NCBI RefSeq assembly: GCF_000150275.1
Contig: NW_002060956.1
Span: 587,379 to 651,378, forward strand
Length of the DNA: 64,000 nucleotides
DNA from: Trichoplax adhaerens
Taxonomy: Eukaryota > Animalia > Placozoa
Direction: 5' to 3'
Positions 35,145-49,267 of this stretch are shown here, one piece after another. The position numbers were made by a program, and so were the translations under genes. Numbering within the stretch: the first letter of the stretch is position 1; each line of letters begins with the position of its first letter. Under the pieces are notes generated by a model. It worked only from the letters and a program-made list of their open reading frames with translations. It ran no database searches and was not told where the DNA came from.

Positions 35145-35181
35145 ACATCAAAGATACCGGCAAGCCTTTGATAGCTGCCGC
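35145..35181. promoter_or_regulatory. Candidate Wnt-response element: two inverted TCF HMG sites with GC Helper-like sites
   Basis: ACATCAAAG (35145-35153) - ATACCGGCAAG - CCTTTGAT (35165-35172) - AGCT - GCCGC (35177-35181), about 7 kb upstream of the TCF ATG. Confidence 0.5.
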
Positions 35182-38100
35182 TTAATAAAACATAATGATT
35201 ATTTAACCACTCCTTCCTCATAAACTGATCTTGTATACTAACATCATTAGCTTTATTCTTATTGACACTAGAGTAGTCAAGGATAGAGTAGATAAAGTTG
35301 GAAAGTTTCCAGCATTAACAACGGTGCTAGTCTTAATATTTTAATCTATCTTCAATAAAGCGACAACATTAGTTTTAGATTCAATAAAAAATAAATGTCA
35401 CCTCTCTACATCATTGTAGTTGACGATATTTTTATGTAAAGAAACTGCAAACAAGTTGACAGCGATGGCATTTAGTGAAGAAAATCACACATTAATGCTA
35501 GATTGATCAAAGTGCGTCAGTAAAGTTATTTTAGATAGGACCAAGTTGTTATTTTACAAAGAATGGTTGCTACTGGTCAAGCAAAGAGTACAGTATTATT
35601 GTGACCATGATATAAACGCAAAAGCATTCGTTTAAAGCTATGCCGATGTAGCATACTACTACTATTGCTACCGTAGCCAATAAAAAACAGTATTAATCAA
35701 TACTAGTCCCGTTACTGAGTCAAGTAGACGTTTTACTTTGTTCCGGGTAGCATTAACAGATTATTGATTGCTGTAGACCAGCCAACAAATTATCAGTGAT
35801 TAAATGAATAGCGGATAGTTGCTAAATTGTCTGCATATAATGTATCTCTAGTCATGACAGGTATTACACAAGCATGAGTTGAGCGACATGATAAAATTCT
35901 TAAATTGGATTCGAATGAGTAATGACGATAGAATGTGATCATTTACGGAGAATATCATCCGTCATTATTAATGTCGTCGACGATTTATGTCACTAATCTC
36001 GGCCGTAAACTAATTTATAGAGATTATCTATATGTAATATATAAAGAAATGCTCTGTGATATTCGACATTGATATTGGCTAATGAATCGTCAATATTAAT
36101 ATTATATATAAAAGATACGGAAGGAAAAATCAGTAAAATATTGAACGGCAATGATATACTGCTAATTAATTATATATATATACTAATAAATTAGAGTAAC
36201 GTTACCTTATTATGATATGATATTAAATGAAGCTATAGTTGCCATAGACACCATAATTACACTGTTTTATCTTATTATAATTACTATTTTTGCAGTAAAT
36301 CGAAAATAAAGCTAGTAATACACCGTATTATTACATACTGAAACCAATGCAAGAGCTAATTGATGGATTATAACATTAGAATTTGGAAACAATTAGCATT
36401 GAATTGGTTCTATAGTAATTTTTTCTAACGAAATAGGAAAAGGGATATTGATAAATCGTAAATATATCCTATAATTAATAATTAATAATTACCGTAGGAA
36501 AGAGAAACGAAGGTTGTAGGTTTTTCAGATTTTCGCAGATTTAGCCATTTAAAGAACTATTATGTGGCATAGTATAACAAAACTTACGATACCATCTGAT
36601 GATTAATGAACACTATTCTCTCTAATTGGAATAATTATTGTAAAGTGGCATCTGATCATCGCCAGATAGCGTACACATGAATAGCACGCATCTCTCATTT
36701 GTAGCTATTTCACTTGCTAACAATTAGATTAAATTCTTAAAATATTAAATTAATTTAATAAAAGTATTATATATATATGTTTACCAGGATTTTATCTGAT
36801 ATCTAGGTTAATTCTGAGCGCCAGTCATATTAGCTATCGATAGAATGACTGTATATTAGTGTTGATTAGTAAATCAGTAAGATACATAATTATGCCCTAT
36901 ATTGGAACCTATTGGCCAAATCTAACGGTATAGCTTTCAAATTATGATTACGTTGGGTGATGATTTTTACTTAACAAATTTTGAATTTTACACGTATACA
37001 AAGCTTTAAAGAGCTCGTATCTACAACAATGTTCTATAAGCATCAGCCGTGCATATAGACAGGGGAAGATAGAAATTTTAATAACTAAATAAAAATTAAT
37101 ATTCTCACACTAGTAAATGTCTTGCCATAAAATATACACTAATTCCAATAAATTTGTATAGGACACAATAAATAATAGGATGTTCTTGGTGTACGTTACT
37201 AGAAGTAAGTACTATGAGGACTAACCATTATTAATTAGTGAATAAAATTACTAATTTACATGTTTAATATTAAATTTTAAAACTTGCAGTGTAATTAGTA
37301 AACTACCAGTAATAGGATTATGGTCCAGGTTGAATGACATACCTAATATATGGTATGTCAATAATATAATTTATTTATTATTGGTATTTATTACTTGAAA
37401 TCTTACCAAATATAGTCTAACTTTAATTAAATGGATGTTTGCTACGAGAAAGACAGAACACTATTGTACTGCTATGTATATTTTAGTAAGCCTTTGACGA
37501 CATTACGAGTGGAAATGAAGGCCAATCTATGCGTACTACGTCAATTTACATTCGATATTATTTACATATCAATATCAATCAAAATCATGAACTGTTTAAC
37601 ACAAGATAGCGTCACTAAAAAGCAGTCTATTAGTGTATCATTAAAGTCAACAAATTCCTCCGTAATCAAAATAGAGCGGTTATGACCGTTATGTTAATAA
37701 TAAAGGCTAAGGAATGAAAGAAAAATAAAAAAAAATGTACGTACGCAGGATTATTTCGAGTGGAGCTAAGTGCACAACATATAATGGCATACTATTAGCC
37801 TCGAGTCATATCTAGATAGTGCGTTCTATCTATCTAAGTAAACATTGGAGTGGAATATAATAATTTGTCATGCCAGTCCTGTATATAGTCTTTTATCTAT
37901 TAAAACAATAGCAGCCATAAACTATAGCGATGATATTCAGAATTTCATTTTAGTAGCGTAACTGGTAACAATAAATAAATTGATCTTTCCATTATTGATT
38001 GTAAAAGAAAGTATTTTGACTGTAATTAAAATTAGGATAAATAGGCTGCTTCGCATGTTTCTCATTCGTTATTTTTTCTATTTCATCTAGTATTAATAAA

Positions 38101-41100
38101 TATACAGCTACGCTACAATCGTTTAGCCATAGGAACAGAATATGCTGTCTTCTATGTAATAGTTTGCAATTGAATATTACCGGTTAGATAGTGCGATTGA
38201 TGCTTTGATGTATAGTAGGTGAAATCCTTGTATAGATTTTATCCCATTTTGTAAAGGATTAATTAAGAATAGCGGCGTCATCGATCAAGCGGTTCGTCGG
38301 CCATTTCACTACTTAATTATTTATTTTTTCTATTAACCTTTATTAACATTCTTAACTTGACGATTAATTATACAACAATATAAGTTAGTTCGCTGCGGTA
38401 GAACTATTAAGAGTGATTAATGTCTTTTATCCTATTCTTTATTAAGCTCGTTATAATTGTAACAAATTTTTTTAAATATTAGATACATTTATATCAACAA
38501 TCGCAAGTTAAGAAACATATTCCAGTACTTGAAGATTGGCCTTTCAAACATTGCCGGAGTTAATCACGACATATTGACACCATTTAAATCTAATTGTCGG
38601 TAAGACTTCAAACCGGTTTTATCCTTTGCGGATATAGTATATATTTAGACTATGGAATAAAACCTTCATATTTTATCTCTTGGGGTTTCCATAATTAACT
38701 TCTCCACCACCAACTGTCACTTTCTACAGTAATAATATTTTCTCGTAGTATCTATCTGCATCAATAACAACCTGCTGTAAAGACTACTATACGCACAGAT
38801 ACAATATTAGCAACTGTATTTCATTCAATTAGTTACGTTTACCGCTTATAAAAATTGTCTACTTTGATCATTTACCATTTTTTTTATCGGATAAAGAAGT
38901 CTATTTTGTATGTACTTTATAATTTTTATCGTGCTGATGACGATAGTGACAGTTTTACTTAGTTGCTCTTCATTCAAATGAAACAAAAATTATTATACCA
39001 TTAATTAAATCACTCCCCTAAAAAGTAACCTCTCCCCCTTACTGGATATCTTTACTAGCCACTCTTTGATGGTTAACTATTAATCGCCTGGAATTCGATT
39101 GTCATCGTAGGAGTTGGAGAAATTCGACTTAATCAATTTTGATAAGAGGTGAACATGCCTATTCTTGATTAGAAAATCATTTTCCTTCATCTGCTTTTTA
39201 CTGTATATTATTTTTCAAACGATTTGCGACATTGTGTACGCATAATTTGTTAGCAAAATTGTAAACTGCGTGTACCTATTTATTGTTATTTATTGATTCT
39301 ATAACGTTGTAAGATCGATTACAAGAGAGTGATTATAGTACTAAATAGCAACTTTAAATATTGATATAGTCTGCGTGGTGGTCTCGCTACTCCTTTTTTA
39401 TAACTAGAAACGTCATGACTACCAGTAGCACACTCGATTTTTATTCATTTTCTGTGATGCGTTGTAAGTTTTCTATTCGTTAACGTAGTTCATTCAGTCA
39501 ATGATGCTGCAGCGAAGACACTGATTATATTAGCAATCTTATTGCAGTATCCAATCATTGCATAAGCATTTTGATTCGTTATCATGGCATTATCGACTGG
39601 GTAGTAGATTTAAGTTACGTTCACGATAGCAAAATAACAAATTCATTCGTAAAATATTAGCCATTAATAGGACAAAAATTAATGATAGCAGAGTAAGTCA
39701 GAGAACATTGCAATCAGTTCCTAGCGAACACTTTAGTATAGTGTTTTCATGTAGAATAGGATAAATCAGATTTAGCTTCTAAAATAATTATTTAACGACA
39801 TGCAAGTTCGGAACAATGGAGTTTAAAATTAAAAATTCAATCGCTGAATGATTTAGCTCGATATTTTACTGTTAGTTATAGTAGTTTGATCAGGAGAGCG
39901 TAGGCTATGACGGGATCTAATGTGATAACTAGAGATTGATTTAACCAAGACAGTATAACATTTGTTAATGAATAACCAGCTAATCCTACTAATGTATTAC
40001 TGATACCGGAACTATATAAGACGGATTACCAATGGATTCAATAATAACTCTACCCAATCGATTCCATTCATCTCCATCTCCATATTTCAATATTTTCTAC
40101 AGCCCATCGATATGACTGTCTTGTTCACAATAATACCATAATTATAACATTGACAAGGTGGAGTTAACCCGTTTCTCCCTTGTTGTCGTGGCCGTCTTTT
40201 AAAACTATTTTGCAGCAAGTGTATCGTCCTTTATTGTCCATGTCTGTCAACGCATTCCCGTTTTTTTTAATGAAACACGTTAATCAATTAAGAAAACAAC
40301 CAATTTGCAAAGAAGAGAAATTGACAAGGCACAATCAGCAAGACATCGATTAATTTTAGACAATACATCGTTTTCAGCTTTAGAATATAGTATTCTACTG
40401 CCGGATATCTGAGAATAGACAACGCTGTTGGGAGCTGTAATTGTAGTGTACACGTAAACGCATATTATGATCGTAGAATGCACACAGCAGCGTAAATTGT
40501 CGTGGTATGAATCATTTGGGTAACAGATAGTTATGGATTGTACATTGACAGAAATAAATCAGTCTAGTTACAAAATGTAAAACTTCGTTTCTTCACTCTC
40601 TACAGTACTATACAACTCGTTTTTGTAGCCATCCACAATCATGCTCTATGTATGTAAAATCCGACTTGGATTATTCTCGATGACCCGTTAGATTATAACA
40701 TGATGGCGTTTAATCATACCATTCGTGGACGTCGTTTCTTTTCTTTTCTATTTTTGGGGGGTAGCTATTCATTTGGCTATTTTGCTATTGCATTGAGCGT
40801 ACAAGAAGCTGTATAACCTATCGTTCAGTCTTACACTTATTACTCTTACAAGAAGTAAGGCAGTCAGTCGTTGCAGCATTCCCATAATGCTGTCTCCAAT
40901 AGAGTGAGTAAAAAATAAGCAGATGCTCATCTATCGTCCAATCTATATTGACAAGATTGGATCAACTTGTAGCAACCCTGACCAAAACAAATAACCATTG
41001 CAAGAGCACAAGGTTGAACCTTTTCTAACTATTTTTTTTTTGCATACTCCCAACATTTTTTTCTGCTTCTCTGCATTTTCCTATTCATCATCGGAAAAAT

Positions 41101-41191
41101 GTTGACGATCGCAAGAAATGCCATCGTAAAGATTATTATTCATGAGAAGAGATAATCTTCCTCGATATGCGTATATCCAGTATACGAGTAT

Positions 41192-41240
41192 AGAGAGAGA
41201 GAGAGAGTAGAGTACTGTCGCATCGCTCTCTTATAAGCAG
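41192..41240 (+). promoter_or_regulatory. Possible TCF core promoter region: (GA)8 tract and TATAAG
   Basis: (AG)8 at 41192-41207 and TTATAAG at 41231. A downstream donor (CTAG|GTAACT, ~41712) and acceptor (~42045) suggest a 5' UTR intron before the ATG at 42168. Confidence 0.3.
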
Positions 41241-42167
41241 CTATACTCGTGTAGACAGTTCCCGTTGCAAAGTTAATTATTGTTGTCATGATAATGTTGT
41301 ACTAGTGCTAGGCACGACTAGAGGTGTTGTATACGTTAGTGTGGTAAACATTAGCAGTCAATGAATAGTTAATTATATCATTGGCCATCGATGATTGATT
41401 TGTCTATAATAAATTAATCAGTAATTATTATGTAGTAACAACTGATAACCTTAGCGATTAGTCACTGATTCATATTGCAATCTGCCTTTATCTAGGAAGT
41501 CATTGAGACCTTATCTCGACTTGACTTTGTTCGTCTTGGCGACAGTCTGACGGGTGAAAAAAAAAAATTATTAGCAAACTAGGCAAGTTGTTGTCTACCC
41601 CATTTGGTCCAACTTTCATCTTGAAAAGAATCGATAGGGAAAAGAGAATTGCATATCATTATCATCGAAGAGCTAGCCATTACAACCCCAGTCAAAGCCA
41701 ACTTCTACACTAGGTAACTACGCTCTCTTTTCCCTCCCTCCCCCCACATTATTGATAAACATAAATTGACGCAACGATCAGTGGCTTTCTTACGGGTGTA
41801 GTAGACGTCAATCGATAACAGCATAATCGGTTAGAATGGGATAGATAGCTTTTAATGTGAACAATTTTATAATCGACGTATAAATTAATGTGATCATCAA
41901 TAGGTCGTTGATACAACATCAATCTAGGCAGCATATGCATTCTTACCGCCTTTTAAATCAGTTATAAAAATTTGAAATGACTTGATGTTGCAAATAGGCT
42001 ATACAGGATATGAATATCCATATCAATTGATTTATTTATCGTTAGACAGTCAAAGCAAAACTTCTCCAAGATAGAATTGTACCTGTAAAGTCCAAAGAAA
42101 TTGAATCAACCTGGTTATACCGCACTCTCCTCGGTCCGTGCCTTCTTGGTTTCTACATTACAAAGTG

Positions 42168-45100
42168 ATGCCTTGTGAAATCGATATGAGTGGGGCACAA
42201 GACGAGTCGAAAGAATATGGAGAAAGTAGCGATAGACGTAACATGGTAAGTCCATCTTATCGATCGATAAGGATAGTACAACAACGCAATGTCCTGCTAC
42301 ACAGTGGATCACTTTACTCGAAGTGATGACATCTTTAGTATTTATAGTCGCTAAACGCGGTATTTTAATCGTCGGTTTTTACTTAACTTCGACAAGATGC
42401 GCTAAGTTTCTCTTAGTACAGTATAACACAGGATAATGGTGCAGTAGAATGATATCAATTAGAATGCATTCGCTCGAACGTTGTCGCCCGTCATGATAAT
42501 TATACATTATCCAAGATCACATAATGTAAATTATTGCCGAGTATTTTATTACACCATCAAAAGATACTCTTTATCTGCACGTATACAAAATGTATGTCCA
42601 TAACACAGGTAACTTTCCCTCTTGTTAGCTTTTTTTAACTGTAAGTAGAAACTATTCCAGAATTTTTTTTTTCAAATTATATATACATTTATGATGGTTT
42701 CCTGACGTTAAAATCGAGCTGTTATTTCTAGCGATAGTCAATTTTTCAGAGTTGCTACCTTTTCACCATACACGTTAATCAGACACTTTCTCCTATCGAA
42801 GAGATTTTAATAGACTTACTTATCACTCGTGCAATCTTTTATGGAGTATTTGATAAAAGTACAATTCTCACCTGTGGTGTTCTCAATAGTGTGGACAGAT
42901 GCTATCTTAGGCGATCGTGAGAATTAACTAAAATATATCATGTTATGATTCTTTTTTTTGAATAGAAATTACTGCCTAGGAAAAGATCCAAATATATGCA
43001 ACCAGGTAAAAACAGGCTTTGCATATTTTTCTTCGTGTTTGATATGTTTTGTAGACGTACAATCTCTTCTGTTCGCGTGGATGTGCACGTATCAGTCTTG
43101 GTCTCTTATTTTTATGTTTGTACACTCCCTAAGATCATACGGTACAAGGGCAGGGATAGTAAAAGGGAAGGATAAGTACCACAATTTTATAGTCTATAGG
43201 GAATGTAATACTGTTAAAAGAGGATAGCTTCTCGATAACTTTACGATAAGTGCGATAGAATTTGTGTCAAGCATCCAATCAAGTAATCAAACTTTGTATC
43301 CACTAAGTGTATTGGAAGAAATCATAAATCGAAATCAATTACGCTCTGTGACCATCAAGTTGTTATAATATACTCGTATGCGCAACGTCTAGACTAAATC
43401 AACTTCTGACTATTTTATTTACCGTCAAGACAAGCTGCTGCAACGATGATTACTCAAATTTTCTTTTCTACCCGTCCTACTGTAGAGAAAAAATTTCTGT
43501 CAATACTTGTCTTGATTGATCTAGATACTCGATAATGAACTGATTAATTAGTGAGGCTATTAGGTTAAATACGGTATGCATCATCATAACTATAACGGCA
43601 TCCTTACTCGACTTTTTTTTCAGTCATGTTTACGGTAAACCCTGAACTTAAGTTATCGATTGATTTGTACTGATACTCTTTCAATCGACCGGCGAATTTA
43701 CCACTTGTTGCTTTATTAGGTTCTATTCGTTTTACTATTGATCACTCGCGACTCCTGATTTAGTAAACATAGAATTCCATTTATTTAGAGTGTAGAAGTT
43801 CATTAAAAATCAGTGAAGTCGAAGTGGAGGAAAGTAGAATCTTGGGATTGATACCAACTTTTGTCATATCGATAAACAGTACTATAAGTTCTGTAACCAT
43901 TCTATGCGCATCTCTTCACGTACAGTATTTCGTTACGTTTTTAGCTAAAATTGGATCGTCTATTTTCTATATGTTCCGCCTATTCGCGCCCAGACATACT
44001 CTAACTTAATTTACTAACTGTAGAATCAAATTTAAGATCAGGCCTGTTCGAGTACAGGGACTATTATTATTCTCAGCGCCTGCAATAGATAAAAATGATT
44101 TTACAACTGCAGGCATTGTTTTTGCTTGAGGTATACTTTCGTTCTCCTTACCTTTGATTAAAGTTTTGCTGTCATGATTTCTACTAGCGTTTATTGCCTA
44201 TAATTGTAATCAGTAATTGCTCTTACCATTGTACAATCTCGGATATCTACTTAATTAAGCTCTGTATTATTTTTATTAACACTTCCTGAATAATGCTGAA
44301 GTAACCACCGCGATTTAATTGAGCTATCGTAATTATTATTGCAGAAATATTAAACGCACTTGTTTATGATTTCTACTACAGCAAAGGACTGCTTTTATTT
44401 TTGTAACCTTTTAAATCAGCTTCAGTACACATAATCGATTATTTATAATTTTTTCACAAGCAAGACGCACATTTTATATATACTGCCGATTCGAATTTGT
44501 CATTGCCACTGAGAGAGAGCAGATTTACTTACGATCACCTAGAATGAGTAATGTGTAGTAAAATAGATAGATAATTCTGTATGCGTGCTATCACTCAAAT
44601 TACAGTATTTCCTTAGGTTATAACTGAATTAAAAATACACCGCATTTTATAGATTTAACGGTAAACATTTCAGTAACTAAGTACTGTAATGCATTACTAA
44701 TCATGGTATCATTTGTTGACTGTTCCAGTATGTGCATTTTTCATATTTAACTGTTATATTATTAGTATAATACTTCTCACAGGAAGAGTAGATATGATAT
44801 ATCCTTTGTTGCGAGAATACTGTCATTTTTTTGAATAGCATAACTAACTATAACTTCACCTTTTAAATGGCTATGTATTTCATAGAATATCTGGAATCTC
44901 AAATCTTCGATCATTCCTCCGTTGAAATTAGTGATCTTGCAAACGACTGCATTAACGAACTTGAAGTAAACTCTAATCGCCATGACAGTAATAATCTCGT
45001 GAGTTTTTAGTAAACAGTTTAATTAATTAATATACAAACTTGCTACAACTTAATTTTAATTTTATTCTTATACAGAATTGTAATAGTCCAATGAATCATT

Positions 45101-47257
45101 TGTTTCGATTTCATCAACCCTATACCGACGGTTTGATGGGTCGGGATGGAGTTATACCTTCTCTTAGCACTCCGCCTGGGCCATATGATATGAGAAGCCC
45201 CAAAACTGGTCATACACCTGGTGAATTAATGTCCCCTATGGACTTTGCGAGGAACAACAGCTACTTTGGACAACATATCCTGTAAATTAATTAGATTTCA
45301 CTGTTGCTTTAGTTTTAAAATCATAATACTATGCTCATACCATGCAATATCGCACCGCTATTTTACAGTCATCCTTTACAACCAAGCCCGACATCTATTC
45401 CTAGTTACTACCCTAGTTATCGAGGATCAGTTTCGCCGCCATTTCATCACACCGGTTTATCACCTGATACTACTCATCCTAGTTATTTACGTGGTCCTTT
45501 TCACTCGCCTCTTAGTCAAGGTCCAATTGTGGCTTTAAATAACGATGGGCAATTAAATCCAGCTAATTTTCAAGCATCTATTAATAAGTAAATATATGCT
45601 GTCTCTTAAATACGTATTCTTATGTGACTAAAATACTTGCTTTAAAGGAGGTTTAATATTAATTTACTCCTATGGAATTAGTTCTCTCAATGTAGGCGAA
45701 TGTATGAATGGGAATGGGATATCACATAACATGGCCAACTTGTCACCAAGTAATGAAAGATTTTGTTATATAGTCGTAGTTGGTGTATGTATTACTTGTA
45801 GTAATAATTATTAACGATGCTCAACTAAGCTGAGTTTCATTACGCGCTTCAATTAGATGCTAGAAGAGATGAGAATAAGAAGCCTCATATTAAAAAGCCA
45901 TTAAACGCTTTCATGCTATTTATGAAAGAAATGAGGCCGGCTATTGCTAATGAGTCCGGTCTAAAAGAAAGTGCTGCCATTAATAAAAAACTTGGAGAGC
46001 AGGTTCGTACTATCGTTGATTGTAATATAAGCATTATATTGTGCCTTTACAATTAGTTCAAGATTATACTCAAATATAACGTTAGTAGTATTGTGAAAGT
46101 TATCGGCGTCTTAACTAGATTATGTATGTCTATAATTTGATAGTGGCATTCCTTGGATAAAGAAGAGCAACAAAAATATTACGATTTAGCTCATGAAGAA
46201 CGAACATCACATATGAAAAAATATCCTAATTGGAGTGCACGAGATAATTATGCTCGTCGCAGTCGAAAGAAGAAGAAGAGAAAGGATAAGATGCAAGCTG
46301 ACTCAGGTACTGTAATACAGTACTTTAATACTAATTGATTGTAAAGATGATTGCAATAGTTAACCTACCTGCAAATGGGCTTGTTCAACTACGAACTTGT
46401 AGGATTTAGAATAAAGACGTACAGTACTCATATTTAGACGTGATGACTGATGGTTAGTCGTATCATAACATTGTTATAGAATCGGTCGCAACATTCGGAA
46501 TCTTTCATGCTCTATATACTCTAGACCCAGTAATGTAGCGGAGTAATAAAATACGGAGCGATTATTAATAAACATGAGCTTATTCGGACAATAAAGGATA
46601 AAATTGTTAGCAATTATTATAAAATTCCAGTTGAATGTATACCGTTACTCCATTACTTTTCTCGAAACAATTTAAATATAATTAATTTGCCACATGATCA
46701 GACATAATTAAACTTTCCGTATGAAAATAACGCTATTATTACGAGTAAAAAACATCAAGTGTTAATAATTATACCATTATCAATGTTAGTTCATGCCTTT
46801 ATAGCTGATACGGTTTATAGTAAGTAAGCACTGGCAAAATAACCGCGATAAGTTATACAGTTAGTCAGCTAAATATATATTTTCTACGTAAATGCAAGAG
46901 ATGGACTGTAAAAGTAATCACTAAAATAATTTTGCAACTTAGAATAAAGCATCTTAAATGAAAGTGATATTACCTAAGAGGCCACTCTTTATCAATACTA
47001 AATTTTAGATGGAAATACCACAAAGAAATGTAGGGCTAGATATGGTATTGAAAATACTGCAAAATGGTGTAAACCTTGCAGGTCAGTTTACGGCGAAAGT
47101 AAAGAAATTTCTTTTGCATACTGGAAGTAGGTCTATTGTTTATTTTACATGTTTATCTCCATTTATAACTCATAGGCGTAAGAAGAGATGCGAAAGATTC
47201 GGATCCACAGAAGCAGCTGGCACTGAAAGAGATGATTCAGTTGAAAGTGATTCCTAA
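42168..47257 (+). CDS. TCF: TCF/LEF (pangolin-like) HMG-box transcription factor with C-clamp, 8 exons, about 344 aa
   Basis: In-phase exons 42168-42245, 45076-45281, 45369-45587, 45682-45749, 45857-46002, 46144-46306, 47009-47081 and 47176-47257. HMG box [20 protein letters not shown]...[13 protein letters not shown]...[10 protein letters not shown], basic tail [11 protein letters not shown]-clamp KKCRARYG...WCKPCRRKKRC. N-terminal [10 protein letters not shown] resembles the beta-catenin-binding GANDELISF. Confidence 0.95.
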
Positions 47258-49267
47258 AAATGGAAATTGAATAAAAATTATAGTTAATCATCAGTTTATT
47301 AGATATCCTGACATCCATTAGACAGCTTGCCTGCAATTTTGCGTCCATTTTGATTTGAATGTCATCATTCATGTTATCAATTTGTAAATATTTTGATACT
47401 AAACCTCTCGGAAGGACATTAACAACTTTTCTATAATGCCGTATTTGAAAAATCATATATTTTGTATTATACGGTTGGTAAAATTTTATAAACGAATGAG
47501 GAAACATTAAATAACCTATATCCAGTAGCAAATAAAATATTAAAACGATCTGCTTAGTACAATAATAATTTTTATACTGTCTTGGTCGATTTGTTAATTG
47601 TTACAAGTAGAACATCGATGTTCAATACTACTGTACTTTATGATAAAAAATTGGTCAATTTGACCTTTAAACTAAGTATCGTTGGCAATGTTCAAATCTT
47701 TTTCGGCCAGCATAATAATTATTCAAGCAGTAAACTTTTCAAATTGTAACTATGATGAAATGCTGACCGCACGTTGCTTGACTATATTTAAAAATAGTGA
47801 TAGCTCTGTATAGCCTTGAAGTTTACTATATTGTAAAAGTATTAGAGACTGTTACAAAACTACTGGATATTTTGATAAATAAATTGGTAAACTATCGTCA
47901 TGACTATTTCTTTATGTTATAACTCGTGAAAAATTTTGAAATAAATCAGTTATCCGATAATTTGTATGCTAAAACAGATTGGTTCATTCTCAAGCTAATA
48001 CTTTTTATCCGCAATTAATTTTATATCCTGTAGGCAATACCTAGGGTGAATCAATGTTTAAGTTGTTACAACGTTTAATTAGCAAATATTACGCTCATAC
48101 AGTAGAATCATCTGTAATATTATGGTTTAGTATACGTATTGTAATATGATCAAGTAAAATTAGCCTCGCAATTCGGATAGTCACATTTATTTCATTGAAT
48201 TACATTGTAAAGAACTTACAGTATAACAATCCAGCTATTTACTGTCTATGTAGAAGCTATAGTGTTACGAAAACAACTTGGCTAATTACATGGTGAATCT
48301 ATTGTAATATGGCGGTGGACTATGAATTCACTTTGAAATAAACTGTAAATGTGTGTAAAAATGCATTATGGCTATAGCACACTATTTATGACACAGGATT
48401 ATCTCTGGTTAAAAAAATTGATTCGTTGATATTGGTCAAGTCAATGATGAAATAATATATTACGATTTCTACGGTTAGTTTGATCCTTCATGAGATAATT
48501 TATTGATTAAATTTATTTGACGATTATAGCTACAAACAGTTCACGGCCTTACAGATAAGATCTTAATAAAGTAATATATTGATCATTGATATCCAACCTA
48601 CAGCAGCGAAAATGTTGTACGACATCTAATTTGCAATAATATCTTTATATAATATCATATATTACAGAAAGAAAGAATAATAATCTGTCAATATATATAT
48701 TGCGACTGTTGAATACCAAACAGTGGGTTAATACGCTTTACATCATTGTACCTCGCTGTACGAATAATTACTTTTAGTATATTACATGAAATCATATCAT
48801 AATATTATCAGAAGATGACCGATAATCATGTTGACCTTTTATTCCAAGTAATGAGTAGCACGGCGACTGTTAATTGCCATGATACCCTTTCTACGTCATT
48901 TCTAAAATATGAGTACTTGAACTTTAGATATATTTTAGAATACTTTGGACTATACGTTGGAGCTTTTATGTACTGGTCTGTAAATAAGTATAATCTGTCG
49001 TTATAGTAGAGTAGAGAGATAAAGTTAGGACTATAATAATGATAGGATTCAGCATTTTAACCTTATTTAAAAGGAAATGATACTTTTTTACTATAACATA
49101 AGATAAAATTCTTTATAGTCTGTTTCTATTTGACAAGCATGCCCGTAAAATTGATACGACGTAATTCTAGTTTATACATTAGACAATTTTTAAATTATTT
49201 TGGGTTATTAATCAAAGCCTCAATTTCCATTAATTTGCTGTATCTACAATAATCATATCAGAGTAAT

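Noticed and set aside
45275-45368. U12-type AT-AC donor (ATATCCTG) in TCF
   Set aside because: The ordinary GT at 45282 with the AG at 45367-45368 gives the correct phase, and no U12 branch site is evident.
48700-49010. GPCR TM6-TM7 relic (INPLF) between TCF and VTI1A
   Set aside because: Similarity is too slight to separate from chance, and it may be VTI1A 3' UTR.
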